Part shown: positions 12,030 to 26,123 of the stretch, one piece after another
Numbering within the stretch: the first letter of the stretch is position 1
Layout of the letters: each line of letters starts with the position of its first letter
From: Narcine bancroftii
Taxonomy: Eukaryota
Length of the DNA: 64,000 nt
Direction of reading: 5' to 3'
Assembly (NCBI RefSeq): GCF_036971445.1
Contig: NC_091472.1
Coordinates: 208,010,001-208,074,000 of the forward strand
Translations under genes and position numbers: made by a program
Notes under the pieces: generated by a model
Databases searched by the model: none
The model's input: only the letters and a program-made list of their open reading frames with translations
What the model was told of the DNA's origin: nothing

Positions 12030-12380
12030 GCTCCTAATGTTTCTGGCTCCACCACGATGCCTGAAAAGGAATTCCAGGCCCCACAATGCTCTCTAAAAAC
12101 TTACCACTGATTTCTACCCTAAATTCCCTCCTTTTGCTTTGTACATACTTTATGTCCTCTCGTATTTACCAGCATGCTCTCATCAGCTTGTAGAGCTCTA
12201 CGCTCCAAAGAGAAGAGTCCCAGCTCTACTAACTGGCTCATAAGAGTTATTTTCCAATCAAGGTAACAACCTGGTAAATCTCCTCTGTACCCTCTCCATA
12301 GCCTCCATATCCTTCCTATAATGAAGTGACCAGAATTAAACAGAATACTCTAAATGTGGTCGCACCAGAGATTTGTAGAT
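12030..12380 (-). mobile_element. CR1 fragment
   Basis: Reverse strand reads YKSLVRPHLEYSV*FWSLHYRKDMEAMERVQRRFTR. Confidence 0.75.
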
Positions 12381-12384
12381 TTGT

Positions 12385-14935
12385 ATGCAGCACAACCCCG
12401 CAATCTCTTTTCCCTCATACATGCAATATTAGACACTAATGAGAATGAAAAATGGACAAATGCGATAGGTGAGGGAGCAACACCCACCACATCCTTTAAT
12501 ACACTAGTACAAATATGTAACACTGAACAGGGGCAAATTAACTGCATACTGTACGGGCTTGCTGAATCACTGAAGTGACCTATTGATATGGGGAAAGTAC
12601 TAGCATGTAAACCACACAATAAAGAGGCTACCGCTGACTTTTGGGGCAGATTCACCTCCATTTACAGAACACAACCAGGGAATCAGACCTACAACTTGGG
12701 AGAACCTCTCCACCATTTAATGCTATTATAATGCAGTGCCTGCTGGACAAAACAGCCTCATTAAAACTAATCTTGACTAGGCAGTTAACATCCAGGTGCA
12801 ACATGCAGTACTCACTTTTTGGCCCACCAAACAAGAGTTGGAGGCTCCTGCAGCACCAAAACTCAAACATGAATTTCCCCTCTGCCCGCAGGAAACTGAC
12901 CCTGACAACTTCACTCCAGACAGCATGGCTGCCAGCAGCTGTCAAATACTATACCAAAGGGCTCAACAGCCCGCATACAGGTGACAGGTCTACAGACCCC
13001 CCATGCCCACAAGGTACAGAAATGATCAGGTTCCAGGTCCACAGTACAACAAACCACCTGATGGTTATTTCAGATCTTATTGGCAACAAAATAATTGCTT
13101 CAGATGTAGAGGAAGAGTTCTATACAACCGGAGAATATGAATATCCCACAGGACAGACAGACTCCCTTCACCTCCCATAACCCTTTCAGGCAATGACAAA
13201 AGCCTGAAACACCATCTCCAATGTTTCCCCTGGTTTCAGAGAGAAACAACAAACCCATTATCAGCATGAATGTCCCGGGGTTCCCCATCCCCTTTCTGAT
13301 AGACATGGGAGTGACACTCCACTCTGGACCACAAACTAATTGAACACTACCGCATCCTGGTGTCAGAAAAAACAGTATGCCTTTCTGGATTGGAAGGCAG
13401 GACTAAACAATATAATTCCACGGACCCCCTGGCCATCACATATGGCAACACAAAACATTGCCTTCCCTTCTCCATCACCCAGGGATTGGGATGCAACCTT
13501 TCCGGAAGAGATTTATTGATGGGGATGGGACTTGAAATTGTGTGTTTGGACAGAGGGGTTCATGTAAATGAACACATTAAACAAAGAATGATGGCTTTTC
13601 GCTTGAACAATCTGCAATGGTGGTCAGTGGGCTTTGAATAAACACCCCTTTTTGATAATGTCACCGACCATCACACCATGCAGGATCACTTTGCTGTATT
13701 TGAGAGGACATAAGTTCAGGTTCGCATCCTAGAAAAAAATTACAGGACAACCAGGAGAGCCATTAATTGTAAAGGTACCAGATCTATGTCGACAATCAGG
13801 CTTAGTCCACCCGCACATTATGTTAAAAGTAAATGAGGGCCACAGGGCTAAGGAGCTGGGTTCTGGTGAACAACACAAACATCCATTCGCATGAACCCCA
13901 GACCCTTGAGCAAGGGACTATAGAGCTATGGCCACAGGCAGTGCAAGTTGCAGGGACCATAAATTGACACAAAATACCCTTAACAAACGACATCTCAGAA
14001 CAACTATGGTCCACATCCCCATACGAGGTGGGAAAAACTAACTGCACACCCGTTGAGGTACTCTTAAAGCCCGGTGAAACTACAGTCCATTCCACAATAT
14101 TCACTGAAGTCCGAGGTAGCGGAGGGGATCGCTCACTTGCAAAATCCCTCGTAGCTCAAGGAATCCTAGTCCCTTGCCAATCGCCAAGCAACACTCCTAT
14201 ATTCCCAGTGCCAAAGCCAGGAAGAACCAAGTGGCGCCTGGTACAGGATCTGTGGGCAGTAAACAAAATTGTGGCCCCGATTGTCCCCAACCCAGCAACC
14301 ATATTGAGCCTGGTACCCCCAGATGCCTGTGACTTTACTGTGGTGGACCTTCCGCATGCCTTCTTTGCTATTCCACTACACAAAGACAGCCAATACCTCT
14401 TTGCCTTCTCCTATGAAGGTCAGCAGTATACATGGACCCACTTACCACAAGAATTTGTGCATTCATCAACACTGTTTTCACAAGTTTTACAGGGAAAACT
14501 GTTGGATCCGTCACTTCCAAGGACATCTACTATCATTCAGTACGTTGATGACTTGCTACTTGCGAGCACAGGAGAGGATCAGAACAAGGAAGACACCGTC
14601 ACTCTACTGAAGGCATTATACAACTGGGGATATGTAATCCCAGAAAGGAACGTGTCCAAAGGACAAAGGGAGGTAAAATTCCAAGGCATAATATTAAGTG
14701 CCAAAGAAAGACGGCTCACCCAAAGTCGTCTGGAACCAATTTCCCGGTTCCCACAACCTGAGTCACTGAAGCAAATGTGGGCATTTTTAGGACTTGTAAA
14801 CTTCTGTAGACAATGGATTCCCAATGTTGCCTTATCCACAAAACTCCTATTCGGGTCATATACAGAACCTTGGCTTCTTCTGAGGCAGGATGGCACGTCA
14901 GAGCAGAGGCTGAAGACAAGCATACCTAAATTGAG
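12385..14935 (+). mobile_element. Degenerate endogenous retrovirus fragment (gag remnant, protease, 2H-like insert, RT); epsilon/fish-ERV-like
   Basis: Protease-like PFLIDMG at ~13290 and CNLSGRDLL. RT ORF 14028..14939 has NTPIFPVPKP, WRLVQDL, DLPHAFFAIPL, YVDD and AFLGLVNFCRQWIP. No LTRs seen. Confidence 0.88.
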
Positions 14936-17900
14936 GTAAGACAGTCACATTTAGTTTAATATACATCTTTTTATATTTACTCTGGTAAGGTACAAGGAGA
15001 GGAAGGAAGGATGAGTGAGAAGGCAGTTTTCTGCTGCCTTTGACACATGTTGGAAGTCATGGAGTCTTCTAACTTCCTGGATGTCCATGTGTGCACTAAG
15101 TGTGCTGAGTTGCAGTGTCTAAGGGACACTGAGCTGCAGCTCGATGACCTTGCTTTGGTCAGGGAGAGCAAGGCCATCACCTGGCCCATGGGAGGAGGGG
15201 AAGTGGGTTACTGTTAGGAGGAAGAAAGAGAAAGGTCGGGCTCCAGAGAGAGCATCTGAGCCTGAAATCCTCAGAAATCAGTACTTCTCCTTGAGTACTG
15301 AGGAAGGCGATAGTTAGGCTAAGGTAGGCAGAGGTATAGGGTCAGCCTCTGTAGCCCAGAAAGGAAGTAATAGGAAAAATAGGGTGATAGTTATAGGGGA
15401 GTCGATGGTGAGGCAGACGGACAGAGGTTTTTGTAGATAAAGTTTGCCTCCCTGGGGCCAGGGTCCAGGATGTAGCCACATGTGTCCAGAACATCCTAAA
15501 GGGAAAGGAAATGACCCTGAGGTCGTGGTTCACGTCAGTATCCAATGACAATGGTAAGAAGGAAGAAGTGGTCCTGCAAAATGAATATAAGGAGTTAGGC
15601 AGGGAGCTCAGAAGAAGGACCACTAAGGGTGTAATCTCTGGATTACTTCCTGTGCCATGCAATAGTGAGGGAAAAATTAGAGTCAGGTGGAGATTGAATG
15701 TGTTGCTGAAGGGGTGGAGTAAAAGACAGGGTTTTAAGTTCTTGGACCACTGGGATTGTTTCTGGGGCAGATGGGACCTATACTGTAAGGATGGGTTACA
15801 TCTAAATCCCAGAGGTACCAGTCTCCTGGCAGGGCATTTGTTAGGGCTTTAAACTAGTAAGGTTGAGGACAAGGGTTCATGTCAGGGAGGATAACAAAAA
15901 CAGAGTCTTTAGGCAAAGAAAAAAGTTTTTTTCACACAATCTGGAGGTGGAACAGCAGCAGGTAATAAATAGTGGCCATAGTAACAATTGTAGAGAGGGT
16001 GAGAGACAGAAATTTAAATGTGGAAGATCTTTGAGATGCATTTATTTCAATGCAAGGAGTGTGGTAAACAAGATGGATGAACTCATGGTGTGGATTGACA
16101 TGTGGAGTTATGATGTGATAGCAATTTGTGAGACATGGTTGAACCAAGGCTGTGACTGGCAGCTAAATATTCCAAGATTTTGCTCCTTTAGACATGACAG
16201 AATTTAAGGGGTACGAGGGGGAGGTGTGACATTGCTTGTTGGGGAAGATATTACAGCGGTGCTGAGGCAAGATAGACTGGAGGACTCATCGCGGGAGGCT
16301 CTGTGGGTTGAACTAAAAAATAAGAAAGGTGAGGCTACAAATATAGGGGTATATTATAGGCCGCCAAAAGATGATAGGGAACTGGAAGAGCAAATGTGCA
16401 GGGAAATAGCTGAGATGTGTAGTAGAAATAGGGTGTGATAGTTGGGGATTTCAATTTTCCTAACATTGATTGGGAAACACAATCAAGGCTTAGACTTTGT
16501 ACAATGTGTTCAGGATTGCTTTTATAGCAGTATGTTGAGGTGCCTACAAGAGGGGAGGCAGTGTTAGATCTATTGTTAGGGAACAGAATAGGGCAGATGA
16601 CGGAAGTGTGCGTTGGTGAGAACTTTGGATCCAGTATTCATGGTTCCATTAGCTTCAACTTAAATATGGAAAGGGATAGGTCAGCTCCGAGGTTGAATGT
16701 CTTCAAGTGGGGGAAGGCTAGATTTGAAGAAGTGAGAAGGGATTTGCAGAAAATTATATGGGCTGATCTTTTTTCTGGAAAGGATGTAGAGGATATTTGG
16801 AGGGTATTTAAAGAAGAGATATTGAGAGTACAGGATCTTTACATGCCAGTCAGATCAAAAGGCAAGGTCAAAAGTTCAAGGGAACCGTGGTTTCCTGGAA
16901 AAATTAGGAAGTTGGTTTAGGATAAGAGGGAGGCATTTACTAAATTTAAGAAGCAAAAAAATGGATAAGATGTTTGATTATTACATAGATTGCAGAACAA
17001 AACCTTAAGAAGGAAATTAGAAAGGCAAAAAGAAGGTATGAGGTGTCAATAGATGATAAGGTAAAAATGAATCCTAAGGGTTTTTACAGATATGTGAATA
17101 GTAAAAGGAGGGTTAAGGATAGAATAGGACTGCTGGAAAATGAGAGCGGTGACCTGTGCGAGGAAAAGTATCAGATGGGAGAAATATTAAATGATTTTTT
17201 CATCTATGTTCATGAAGGAAAAGGACATTGGAATATGTGAGATAAGTGAGGCAAATGGCTTAGTTATGGAAAAGATAAAGATTAGTAAAGAGAGGGTTTT
17301 GGAGCTTCTAGGGTTAGTAAAAGTGGATAACTCTCCTGGTCCTGATAGGATTTCCCCCAGAACATTAAAGGAGGTCAGGGAGCAAATAGCGGAGGCACTG
17401 TCAGTGATTTTTCAACGATCACTGGAGGAGGGTGTGGTGCCGCGGGATTGATAATGTTGTTCCGTTGTTTAAAAATGGCACGAGGTGTCGGTCATGTAAT
17501 TATAGGCCTGTAAGCTTGACTTCGATGGTAGGGAAAGTTATGGAGGGTATTCTTAGAGATGATGTGTATAACTATCTAGATAAGCAGGGATTGATCTGTA
17601 GCACCCAGCATGGGTTTGTGAAGGGGAAGTCAAGTTTGATGAACCTTGTTGAGTTTTTTGAAGAAGTGACAAGAAAGGTGGATGAAGGTCAGGCAGTTGA
17701 TGTAGTCTATCTGGATTTTAGCAAAGCTTTTGATAAGGTTCCACATGAAAGGTTAGTAAGGAAGGTTCAGTCATTAGGGATTAATATAGAAATAGTAAGA
17801 TGGGTTCAGAGGTGGCTGGAGGAGAGACAGCAGAGGGTCATGGTGGACAACTATCTGTCGGGATGGAAGCCTGTGATGAGCTGCGTGCCTCAATGATTGG

Positions 17901-18610
17901 TGCTAGGTCCCCTGTCCATAATTTATATTAATGATTTGGATGATTTAAGTAAATGCATATTTACTTAAATATGCAAAAGATATGAAAATAGGGGGAGTGG
18001 TGGATAGTGAGGAAGGTTTTCAGGGATTAGAGAGGGATTTTATTTGTTTGGAAAATTGGGCTGAAAGATGGGAGATGGAATTTAATGTAGAGAAGTGTGA
18101 GGTGCTTCATTTCGGAAAAATATAATCAAAATAGGACATATGTAGTAAAGGGGAGGACATTGGGGAATGCACAAGAACAAAGAGATCTTGGAGTTATGGA
18201 GCAGCGTTCTTTGAAGGTGAATTCCCATGTTGACAGGGTGGTTAAGAAGGCATTTGGTAAGTAATTATGAAAGGAAGATAGACTAGATGCAAGTAGACTT
18301 TCCCCCTGCGAACAGGGGAGGTTGAAACAAGAGGGCACAAGTATGGGGGCAAAATTTTAGGAGCAACATTAGAGGATGCTTCTTCACTCAGAGAGTGGTG
18401 GCTGAATGGGATAATCTTCCGGAGGAAAGAGTTGAGGCAGAGTCATTTCTTTCATTTAAGAGGAGGCTGGATATATATATGGATAGGAGGGGGTTGGACG
18501 GTTATGGGCGGAGAATAGGCGAGGGGATCTAGTGGAGTTGTTTGAGTGAACCGGCGTCGACTTGAAGGGCCGAGGTGGCCTGTTTCCATGCCATAAACTG
18601 TTATATGGTA
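14900..18610 (+). mobile_element. Near full-length degenerate CR1 LINE (ORF1 Zn-finger + SGNH esterase ~15011-15852; ORF2 EN-RT ~16030-18530)
   Basis: ORF1 has VIGESMVR, CLPGARV and DGLHLNPRG. ORF2 has CIYFNARS, GVYYRPP, NYRPVSLTS and YLDFSKAFDKVPH. Many stops and frameshifts. Confidence 0.92.
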
Positions 18611-18639
18611 ACAGGATAAGAGAAAGTGTGACCCAGATA

Positions 18640-20445
18640 CAGCTAGAGGTGTTTGGTCCAACAGACTGGAGTGTGGATAGAAGAGATTCTACCCACCAGG
18701 ACCAGGGAAGGATGTGGTCAGGTGGGGTTGTTTTCCTGGAATGAACGGTTGATGGAGGTGTGAGGGTGTGAGACATTAAACAGGGGACAAGAAGGAGTTG
18801 TTCTCAGCAGTCATGAGGAGGTGGAGGTCAGGGATGCAATGACACAGTCAGGTCATGTGGGCTTCAGTGAGGGGATGTGTGGGGGAGCGGTGAGGAAGCA
18901 ATTCCAAGAAAACCTGAATATCAAGACGTACCATTGAGGATTTGATGAGAGAAAAAGCAGGTAGCAGATCCTGACCAATGAGGACAGGTGAGGCCTTCAG
19001 AGAAGGTGGGACCATGCAGCACATGAAGGTTGGAGCTGTTGTGCATAGTGTAGACATTTGCCACAGGAAACTCCATTTGACCCATGTTGTCTGTGCTGCC
19101 TGCCATGTTCTCTGTCCATCCATCCCCGGTCTCTTCATCTGTCTGTCCAAATTTCTCTTTAGTGTTCCTGTCAGATCTACTTCCAACCCCACCCTGTCGC
19201 ATATTCCTGACACCGGCCACTCTCTGTTCTTTATTTTTCTATGTATTTATTGAAATTGAAAATCCACATTGAAAAACACAGAGTACTTAAGAATATATAT
19301 TGAAAGGAAAATATTTATTTACACTTCGATCATAGCTTTCCATCCATTCTCAAACAAATTATATTATTGTAGAATTTTATTATAAAAAGAAAAGCTAGGC
19401 CACTACCAAAAATAAAGAGTAATAAATAAATGACGTTATTAGTCAACACCTCTGCATTAATACCAAATCAAAAATTTGGAAAGTAATTCAAAAAGCGTCC
19501 CCAGAGTGTTTGATAATTTAAATAAAAATTGGAAATTGAGCATCTAACCTTCTCTCTATGTAAACGTGACTATGTCACATAGCCATTGAGCACGAGTAGG
19601 TGGAGCACGTCCTTCCATTTGAGCAACACTGCCCGCCGAGCCATAAGAGAATTAAAAGGTAATACATGCAAATCAGATGCCATTAAAGTTTTGCCCTTCT
19701 CTCCATCAATGTCAAACAAGGCAGTTTATGGATTAGGCTTAAAATTAACTTTAAAAATACTGAAAATGTTGAAATCTTTCATTCCAGCATGTCCCAAATC
19801 ACTGGCATGTCCAAAACATAAAAGCAGGATAGTGCTTAGACATGTGGGCCCTATGGACTACTTTAAATTGTATGGAAAGTTTAAAGACATAATTAGGAAA
19901 AAATCTCAGTGAACCAAAATGTTTTCTAAATTGTATCCAGATCCTCAAAGTACGTATAACCTCCTGGTTGTCAGTTACTTTAATAAAAAGTATAGGAAGG
20001 GAGGATCCAAGAAGAGAAATAATGGAAAATTTTGTGACAATTGGATTCCAAAGAGAGGCATATTAGACAGTCTTCACAGTTATTATAATATGACCCAAAT
20101 GTAAGATTTTGTACATAATCAGACCTAAAGTTTGGTAAGGCTAGACCTCCATTCCTTTTACATTTTTGTAGATGGAATTTATTTAGGTGAGCGTATTTGT
20201 TCTTTAATATATAAGAAGATAAGATTCTGGGCTTCATTAATAGGGATATTGTGTGTAAGAGTACAGAAGTCATATTGCAGCTTCAAACGTCCCTTGTGAG
20301 ACCACATTTGGAATATTGTGTCCAGTTCTTGTTGCCTCATTATAGGAAGAATGTGAAAGCTATGGAGAGGGTGCAAAGGAGATTTAACAGGATGTTTCCT
20401 GGTTTGGAGGGCATGTCTTATGAGGCAAGGTTGGCAAAGCTGGAA
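18640..20445 (-). repeat. Inverted duplicate of the host sequence spread over ~35790-36659, 43800-44300 and 50590-51120
   Basis: 19170-19650 is the reverse complement of 43830-44300 joined to 50590+. It gives the empty sites for the 44302 L1 and probably the 35814 LTR. Confidence 0.8.
19300..20215 (-). mobile_element. Old L1-clade ORF2 3' fragment (related pieces at ~35160-35445 and 43800-44220)
   Basis: HLNKFHLQKCKRNGGLALPNFR and HMSKHYPAFMFWTC remnants. Confidence 0.7.
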
Positions 20446-20618
20446 CATTTCTCTGGTGCGACCACATTGAAAGTACTCTATTTGGGGGGAGTCACGTGAT
20501 GGAGTAGTGGCCGGACGGTGAACTCCAGCCCTCTCCAGAAAAGTCGGAAAAAACAAAGGAAAACACAAAGGCACAGAAATAAAAGTTAAAGAAAAGTGAG
20601 TATAAAGGTGGAAAGAAG

Positions 20619-21848
20619 ATGACGACAAAAAAAGAAAAATCAAAACCAACGGTAAGAAGAGAGGAAGAGAAGACAACGGAGGAAGAAGGAGAAGGCCTTA
20701 CCTGTTCGAAGAGGCCCGCGGTGGAGAGAGAAACCCGCTCCCTCAGGTCGGTAGAAAGTGGACTACAAAAATGGCTCGTAGAGCCGAGTAAAAGTGCGCA
20801 ACCACGCATGCGCGGTGCGCATGAAAAAAAACACACCGACGGGAGGGGTGACCAACTGGGGAGTCGATCTCCACAGCCGGCAATGACAGCTGCAGAACAC
20901 CTGCAGCAAGAAGAGAACACAGAAGACAATGAAAACAAGAAAGAAGAGAAGAAAAGGGCAACAAAGAAACAACAGATGGCCAACCCAGAGGAAGAAGAAG
21001 AGGAAGAGGAAGAGTACAGTGAAATAGAAGAAGGGAAAGGCAAGATAAAGGATATACTTTCTCTTATTAAAGAATACATGGAGTCATTTAAAGAATGGCA
21101 AACACAGGAATTTAATGATTTAAGAAGAAGAATAAACAACACAGAAGAGAAAATGAATAAAATAGATATGACCTTAACAGAAATGGGAAAGAAAATGGAC
21201 AAGATGGAAGAGCGGGAAGCAGCAGTAGAAATGGAGGTAGAGGACTTAAAAAAGAAATTAGAGGAATCTAATAAAAAAGTTATAGAGACACAAGAACTGT
21301 TAGCTCAGAAAATAGATACAATGGAAAATTATAACAGAAGAAATAACATAAAGATAGTGGGCCTTAAGGAAGATGAAGAAGGCAAGAATATGAGAGAGTT
21401 TATAAAAGATTGGATCCCTAGGATCCTAAGATGTCCAGAACTACAGCAAGAAATGGAAATAGAAAGGGCACATAGAGCATTGGCCTTTAAACCACAACCA
21501 CAACAAAAACCAAGATCTATTTTAGTAAAATTCCTAAGATATACTACAAGAGAAAAGGTACTGGAGAAGACAATGGAAAAAGTAAGAGAGGGCAACAAGC
21601 CACTGGAGTACAAAGGGCAAAAAATCTTCATTTATCCAGATATAAGTTTTGAACTCCTAAAGAAGAGAAAGGAGTTCAATACAGCAAAGGCGATTTTATG
21701 GAAGAAAGGGTATAAATTTATACTAAAGCATCCAGCGGTATTGAAAATATTTATTCCAGGACAACAAAACAGACTATTCTCGGATCCAGAAGAAGCACGA
21801 AAATTTGCAGAACAATTACAAAATAGACTGAGGGATGAAGACGTGTAA
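20619..21848 (+). CDS. L1 ORF1p (coiled coil-RRM-CTD); open, alternative start ~20976 (MANPEEE)
   Basis: ENYNRRNNIKIVGL, IERAHR, PRSILVKFL and YPDIS motifs. Confidence 0.9.
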   Translation: MTTKKEKSKPTVRREEEKTTEEEGEGLTCSKRPAVERETRSLRSVESGLQKWLVEPSKSAQPRMRGAHEKKHTDGRGDQLGSRSPQPAMTAAEHLQQEENTEDNENKKEEKKRATKKQQMANPEEEEEEEEEYSEIEEGKGKIKDILSLIKEYMESFKEWQTQEFNDLRRRINNTEEKMNKIDMTLTEMGKKMDKMEEREAAVEMEVEDLKKKLEESNKKVIETQELLAQKIDTMENYNRRNNIKIVGLKEDEEGKNMREFIKDWIPRILRCPELQQEMEIERAHRALAFKPQPQQKPRSILVKFLRYTTREKVLEKTMEKVREGNKPLEYKGQKIFIYPDISFELLKKRKEFNTAKAILWKKGYKFILKHPAVLKIFIPGQQNRLFSDPEEARKFAEQLQNRLRDEDV

Positions 21849-22351
21849 TGAGAGCAAAAATGACCACGATTTATATGTATGTGGGTAAAGAGGTATAAGT
21901 GTGCATATGTATAATGTGCATACGTGAATGTATCCGTATTTAGAGGAAAATATAGATAGTATAGACAAGAATTAATAAGGGAAGGAAATGGAATAGAGGG
22001 AATAAGGAGGGAACTAAAAGAGTGACCTTTGTTACATATGAAAAGTGAAATCTTTTCTGGGGGGGGCTGGGTGGGGAGGAGTTGCGGTCACTGCAAAATC
22101 AGCTGATGCTTGCGAGTGAATTCGCAAACCCAAATGGAGAGGGGAGATGTGGTTGTCCGACAAGGGATAAAGGACAACTCAGGAGGGGAAGGGGAGATTG
22201 GGGCTAAAGAAGTTTTAAATAGGAGAATAAGGAAAATGTTTGATGTTTTAGGAATGTTGTCTTGTAAAGAGTTGAAAATAAGAAAACAGAAATGGAAAAG
22301 GAGGAAAGGTAATGATGGAAAAACGGAAAGAGAAGATAAACAAAATATAAA

Positions 22352-25300
22352 ATGGCTACGCTGAACTATATGACTTTAAATATTAATGGAATACATAACC
22401 AAATTAAAAGGAAGAAACTGCTAAATTTACTGAAAAAAGAAAAAATTGATATAGCATTTGTGCAAGAAACACACTTAACTGAATTGGAGCACAAGAAATT
22501 AAAGAGAGATTGGGTAGGACATGTAACAGCAGCTTCGTATAACTCAAAAGCAAGAGGAGTGGCTATATTAATTAGTAAAAATGTGCCATTTAAAATAGAA
22601 GAGGAAATAATAGATCCAGCAGGGAGATATGTAATGATAAAATGTCAGATATATTCGGAGTTTTGGAATCTACTCAATGTATATTCACCTAACGAAGAAG
22701 ATCAAAAGTTTATGCAAGATATCTTTTTGAAGGTAGCAAATACGCAAGGGAACATAATAATAGGAGGGGATTTCAACCTGAATTTGGATTCAAATATGGA
22801 TAAAACTGGGAAAAAAATTAACAGAAAGAACAAAGTAACCAAATTTATAATTAAATCAATGGAAGAAATGCAACTTTTGGATATATGGAGGAAACAACAC
22901 CCAAAAGAAAAGGAATATTCATATTACTCGGCTAGACATAAAACATACTCAAGAATAGACCTATTTTTGTTATCAGCTAGTATGCAAGATAGAGTAAGAA
23001 AAACAGAATATAAAGCTAGAATACTATCGGACCATTCACCCTTAATATTGACAGTAAAGCTAGAGGACATCCCTCCAAGAATGTATAGATGGAGATTAAA
23101 CCCCATGTTACTTAAAAGGCAGGATTTTAGAGAATTTATTGAAAAACAAATAAAAATGTATTTTGAAATAAATACGGAATCAGTGGAAGATAGGTTTATA
23201 CTATGGGATGCAATGAAAGCATTCATTAGAGGGCAAATAATAAGTTATGTAACCAAGATGAAGAAGGACTATAATCAGGAAACAGAGCAGTTGGAAAGGG
23301 AAATAGTAAATATAGAAAAAAAATTAGCAATGAAGGAAGATACAACTAAAAGAAGAGAATTGGCGGATAAAAAAATAAAACATGAAACACTACAAACATA
23401 TAAGGTGGAGAAGAATATAACGAAGACAAAACAGAAATATTATGAACTGGGTGAAAAAACGCACAAAATCCTAGCATGGCAGCTTAAGACAGAACAAGCT
23501 AAGAAAATGGTATTGGCATCAAGGAAAAAAGACAACCAAATTACATATAATCCAAAAGAAATTAAGGAAAACTTTAGAGAATTTTATGAACAATTATACC
23601 GAACTGAAAACGAAGGGAAAGAAGGGAAAATAGATGAATTTCTGACTAAAATTGAACTACCAAAACTACAAATAGAGGAACAAAATAAATTAACAGAACC
23701 ATTTGGAATAGTAGAAATACAAGAGATAATAAAAAAAATTACCAAATAATAAGACACCAGGAGAGGATGGACTTCCAATAGAATTCTACAAAACATTTAA
23801 AGACTTATTAATTCCGCCCCTCCTGGATGTAATCAACCAGATTGATGAAACACAAAGCTTACCAGATTCATGTAAAACAGCAATAATTACAGTAATACTA
23901 AAGCAAAGGAAAGATCCACTCTTACCAGCGTCATATAGACCAATATCTTTACTAAACACAGATTATAAGATAATAGCTAAACTATTAGCAAACAGATTAG
24001 CAGAGCATGTACCGAAAATGGTAAATTTAGACCAAACTGGATTTATCAAAAAAAGACACACAACAGACAATATTTGCAAATTTATTAACTTAATTCATGC
24101 AGTAGAAGGAAATAAAGCACCTACAGTAGCAGTTGCTTTAGACGCAGAGAAGGCCTTTGACAGAGTAGAATGGAATTATTTGTTCAAAGTATTGCAAAAA
24201 TTTAGTTTACCGAGAAGTATATTAATTGGATTAAAGCATTATATAAGGGACCGTTAGCGAAAGTGACAGTAAATGGACATGTATCAAAGCAATTTAACTT
24301 AAGCAGGTCAACGCGGCAGGGATGCCCACTATCACCTTTATTGTTTGCGTTAGCTATAGAACCACTAGCAGAATTGATAAGAATAGATAATAATATAAAA
24401 GGAATAAAAATAAAAGACAAGGAATATAAAATCAGTCTTTTTGCGGATGATGTTATAGTGTACTTAACAGACCCAGAACTATCAATAAAAGAATTATATA
24501 AGAAATTGAAGGAATATGGAGAAGTGTCAGGTTACAAGATAATCGTAAATAAAAGTGAAGCAATGCCTATGAATAATGCGGATTTCTCTAAATTTAAGAA
24601 GGAATCTCCATTTAGATGGCAAATGCAGGCAATAAGATACCTAGGTGTACAAATAAACAAAAATCTCGGCCAACTATATAAACTCAATTATTATCCACTA
24701 ATGAAAAAATTACAGGACGATTTAGAGCATTGGAAAGATTTACCACTAACACTAATAGGAAGGATAAACTGTATTAAAATGAACATTTTCCCAAGGATAT
24801 TATACTTATTTCAGGCATTGCCAATACAACTGACAGAAAAATTCTTCAAGGAGTTAAAGAAAATAATAAGGAAATTTTTATGGAGAGGGGGGAAACCGAG
24901 GATAGCACAAGGAGGCTTACAACTGCCAAACTTTAAAAATTATTATAGAGCCGCACAATTAAGATACCTATCAGATTTTTATCAAACAAGGGAAAAACCA
25001 GACTGGACGAGATTAGAATTAGATAAAATAGGGGAAAAGATACCTGAACACATATTATATAAATGGGATGAAAAATTGGTACAACATAGAACTTCTCCAG
25101 TATTACATCATCTCCTCAATATTTGGAAGAAGATTCATGTAGAAAGAAATAAAACAAATTATTAATTACCAAAACTAATATTGACGCAAAACAAGTTACT
25201 CCCTTTTACAATAGATAACCTTTCCTTTAGAGAATGGGACAAAAAAGGGATTAAAAGAATAGAAAATTGTTTTTCAGGAAATAGATTCTTATCCTTTGAA

Positions 25301-26123
25301 CAAATGAAAGATAAGTACAATATAACTCAAGATACAGCGTTGCCATATTACCAATTGAGATCCTACTTGAAGGATAAATTAGGAAGCAGTTTGAGTTTGC
25401 CAGAGGCAAGTAACCTTGAATATGTGATTACAGATACAATGATAATCAAAAGATTTATAACAAATATGTATATTAAACTGCAAGAAAAGGAGAATGAGGA
25501 AACAAATGGTAAAACTAAGCAAAAATGGGAACAAGATTTAAATATAAAGATAAAAAAAGGAAACATGGGAGAAATTATGTTCTGGAACGATGAGAAATAC
25601 AATAAATACGAGGCTACGTATGATACAATATAACTGGATACACAGACTATACATTACACCTCAAAAGTTAAATAAATGGGACCTAACAGTATCTGATAGA
25701 TGTTTTCGATGTAAAAAAGAAATGGGAACAACAATTCATGCAATCTGGACATGTGAGAAAGTAGAAAAATTTTGGGAAGATCTCAACCAGATATTAAATA
25801 AAATAACAGAAAACAATATACCAAAGAATCCAGAGATCTTTCTCCTAAGTAACATAAAAAACAAAGAATTTGGAATTGATTTGGAGGATGCACAAAAAAG
25901 ATTTGTTAAGATAGCTCTAGCCGTAGCAAAAAAATGTATTATGTCAACCTGGAAATTGGAAGATAATTTGAAAATACAACAATGGTATATAGAAATGAAT
26001 AAATGTATTCCATTGGAAAAAATAACATATAGTTTAAGAAATAATATTGAAATATTTGAACAAATATGGGAGCCTTACATTAAATACAATAGCGAAAACC
26101 TACCGGGGACAATCATTACCTAA
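22352..26123 (+). pseudogene. L1 ORF2p (APE endonuclease-RT-CCHC), disrupted
   Basis: TLNINGI, VQETH, GGDFN, SDHSP, LDAEKAFD, RQGCPLSP, FADD and CFRC..H..WTC. Frameshifts near 23735, 24212 and 25555; stop at 25163. Confidence 0.93.
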
